Shown: piece after piece, positions 61,938-64,000 of the stretch
Position numbering within the stretch: position 1 is the first letter of the stretch
How the letters are laid out: the number at the start of each line of letters is the position of its first letter
Origin: Octopus vulgaris
Taxonomy: Eukaryota
Length of the DNA stretch: 64,000 nt
Direction of reading: 5' to 3'
NCBI GenBank assembly: GCA_951406725.2
Contig: OX597832.1
Coordinates: 54,374,001 to 54,438,000, forward strand
Translations under genes and position numbers: made by a program
Notes under the pieces: generated by a model
Databases searched by the model: none
Told to the model about the DNA's origin: nothing
Seen by the model: the letters and a program-made list of their open reading frames with translations, nothing else

Positions 61938-62841
61938 CATACATACACATTTATATATACACACATGTATATATACATACACATTTATATGTGAGAGGAT
62001 GAGAGGGGAGAGAGGGAGAGATAGTGAAAGTATTAGAAAACAGTGTTTGGAAAGTTTCAAGCCAGAAGAATCGGTCGTTCGTCCCAGTAGTTATTATCAA
62101 GTTTGGTTTTACAGTCGATAATTACAGTTGTCGATTCACCGAGAAGGGATGGAAATAAAGCGAAAATAAGCCACCCACATAACTAACCACACACTAATTC
62201 TGCACTACTAAACATAACCGAGATAACTAGGATTATATATAACTTAACTACTTATACCCTACTCTGAATTAGGACGACCATGAAACACATTCTCGGCGTT
62301 CCTAGGAATGTACTTCACTGAGTGACACCGTTCTGAATACACTAAATATTGGATACTCTTTTACTCTTTTAACTTGTTTCAGTCATTTGACTGCGGCCAT
62401 GCTGGAGCACCGCCTTTAATCGAGCAACTCGACCCTGGGACTTATTCTTTTGTAAGCCCAGTACTTATTCTATTGGTCTCTTTTGCTGAACTGCTAAGTA
62501 ACGGGGACATAAACACACCAGCATTGGTTGTCAAGCAATGCTGGGGAGACAAATACACACATACAAACACACACACACACACAAACAAACACACGCACAC
62601 ACAAACACACACACGCATATATGTATATACATATATACGACGGGCTTCTTTCAGTTTCCTTCTACCAAATCCACTCACAAGGCATTGGTCGGCCCGAGGC
62701 TATAGTAGAAGACACTTGCCCAAGGTGCCATGCAGTGGGACTGAACCTGGAACCATGTGGTTGGTAAACAAGCTACTTACCACACAGCCACTCCTGCGGT
62801 CATCAAAGCAAATGTTGGGAATGATTTAGAGAGATAGATAA

Positions 62842-63095
62842 CTTTCTTTATTGGCCACACAGGGCTAGACACAGAGGGGACAAGTACAATGTAGAGTTTT
62901 TCTTTTTGATGTGGGGGGGGGGGGGCGAAAAGAAAAAAGAAAAGAAAAAAGGACAACGATCAAAAGTGATTGAAATAGTTAGGGATATATGCAAAAAAAA
63001 ATTCAAACGGTACAAAGAGTTCCCAAGAAATGGGGAGGTTTATCTGTGGAAAGAAAAACCTACGAAAAGACCACAGTAACCTTGGGAAATTATGT
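62842..63095 (-). mobile_element. Probable LINE 3'UTR sharing its terminus with SINE B
   Basis: Ends ttgtcccctctgtgtctagccctgtgtggccaataaagaaa; the upstream sequence is unrelated to the SINE B body. Confidence 0.5.
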
Positions 63096-63116
63096 CACAT
63101 ATTAACATATTTATTT

Positions 63117-63152
63117 ACAGACAGATAGATAGACAGATAGATAGATAGATAA

Positions 63153-63229
<77 letters not shown>

Positions 63230-63258
63230 CAGATAGATAGACAGACAGATAGACAGAC

Positions 63259-63301
<43 letters not shown>

Positions 63302-63422
63302 TAGATAGATAGATAGACAGACAGATAGATAGATAGACAGATAGATAGATAGACAGATAGATACATAGATAGACAGATAGACAGACAGACAGATAGATAG
63401 ACAGATAGATAGATAGACAGAC

Positions 63423-63453
<31 letters not shown>

Positions 63454-63482
63454 CAGATAGATAGACAGATAGATAGATAGAC

Positions 63483-63521
<39 letters not shown>

Positions 63522-63523
63522 CA
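63117..63523. repeat. (GATA)n/(GACA)n tetranucleotide array
   Basis: Direct inspection. Confidence 0.97.
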
Positions 63524-64000
63524 AAGAGTGAGGGGCAGAGAGAGAAAGAGGAGGAGAGGGAGTGAATATCTGTTTATCTTTATCATTAGCAAGATATTGA
63601 GCCTTGTTGACCGGACAGATGTCCCGTTACTGTGAAGTATAAATAAGTTGTTATCTTTCTTTCATGCTCTACCATCATAAGCAAAGTAAGGTTCTACGAT
63701 TAAATGTAATATCAGGTTTCGAGCTCAAATCCTGCCAAGGTCAACTTTGACTTTCGCCCTTTTGGGATCGATAAAGCAATCAAATAATTCCCCCACCCAC
63801 TGCTACCATCCCGACACTGCAAAATTTCAGGCTTTGCGCCTATAATAGAAAACTTCATCGTTTCGGATGAAGATGTTATCGACTATCCCACTCCTCCCAC
63901 CACCACCACCAAATTTCAGGCCTTGTGCCTATAGGAGAAAGGCTTATTACTACTGTTGTTGTTGTTGTTGTTGATGTCGATAAGGTGTTGCGCTGGCAGG

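Overview
Eukaryotic, AT-rich, repeat-dense genomic DNA. The SINE, RTE and microsatellite content looks like an octopus (coleoid cephalopod) genome; this is recognition of repeat families, not a database result. The only host gene I can reconstruct is a plasma-membrane-type Na+/H+ exchanger (SLC9A/NHE, CPA1 family) on the minus strand. It has 12 phase-consistent GT-AG coding exons from the ATG at 41763 down to 798 (1052 nt, 350 codons, including 28/42/46-nt micro-exons) and continues off the left edge. Introns and flanks are filled with tRNA-derived SINEs, RTE, CR1 and R4/Dong LINE fragments, MITEs, Helitron-type elements and microsatellites. The most notable signal is a set of minimal type-I hammerhead ribozyme (HHR) motifs with palindromic stem III. 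(i) A tRNA-headed SINE carries an HHR and, in one copy, a Penelope-style inverted duplicate of its 3' end. (ii) A decayed Penelope-like element has inverted pLTRs, each with an HHR that has a long stem II. (iii) One HHR has a compensatory G3:C8 core. Most of these lie on the sense strand of the NHE pre-mRNA. All ribozyme calls are by-eye folds and untested.
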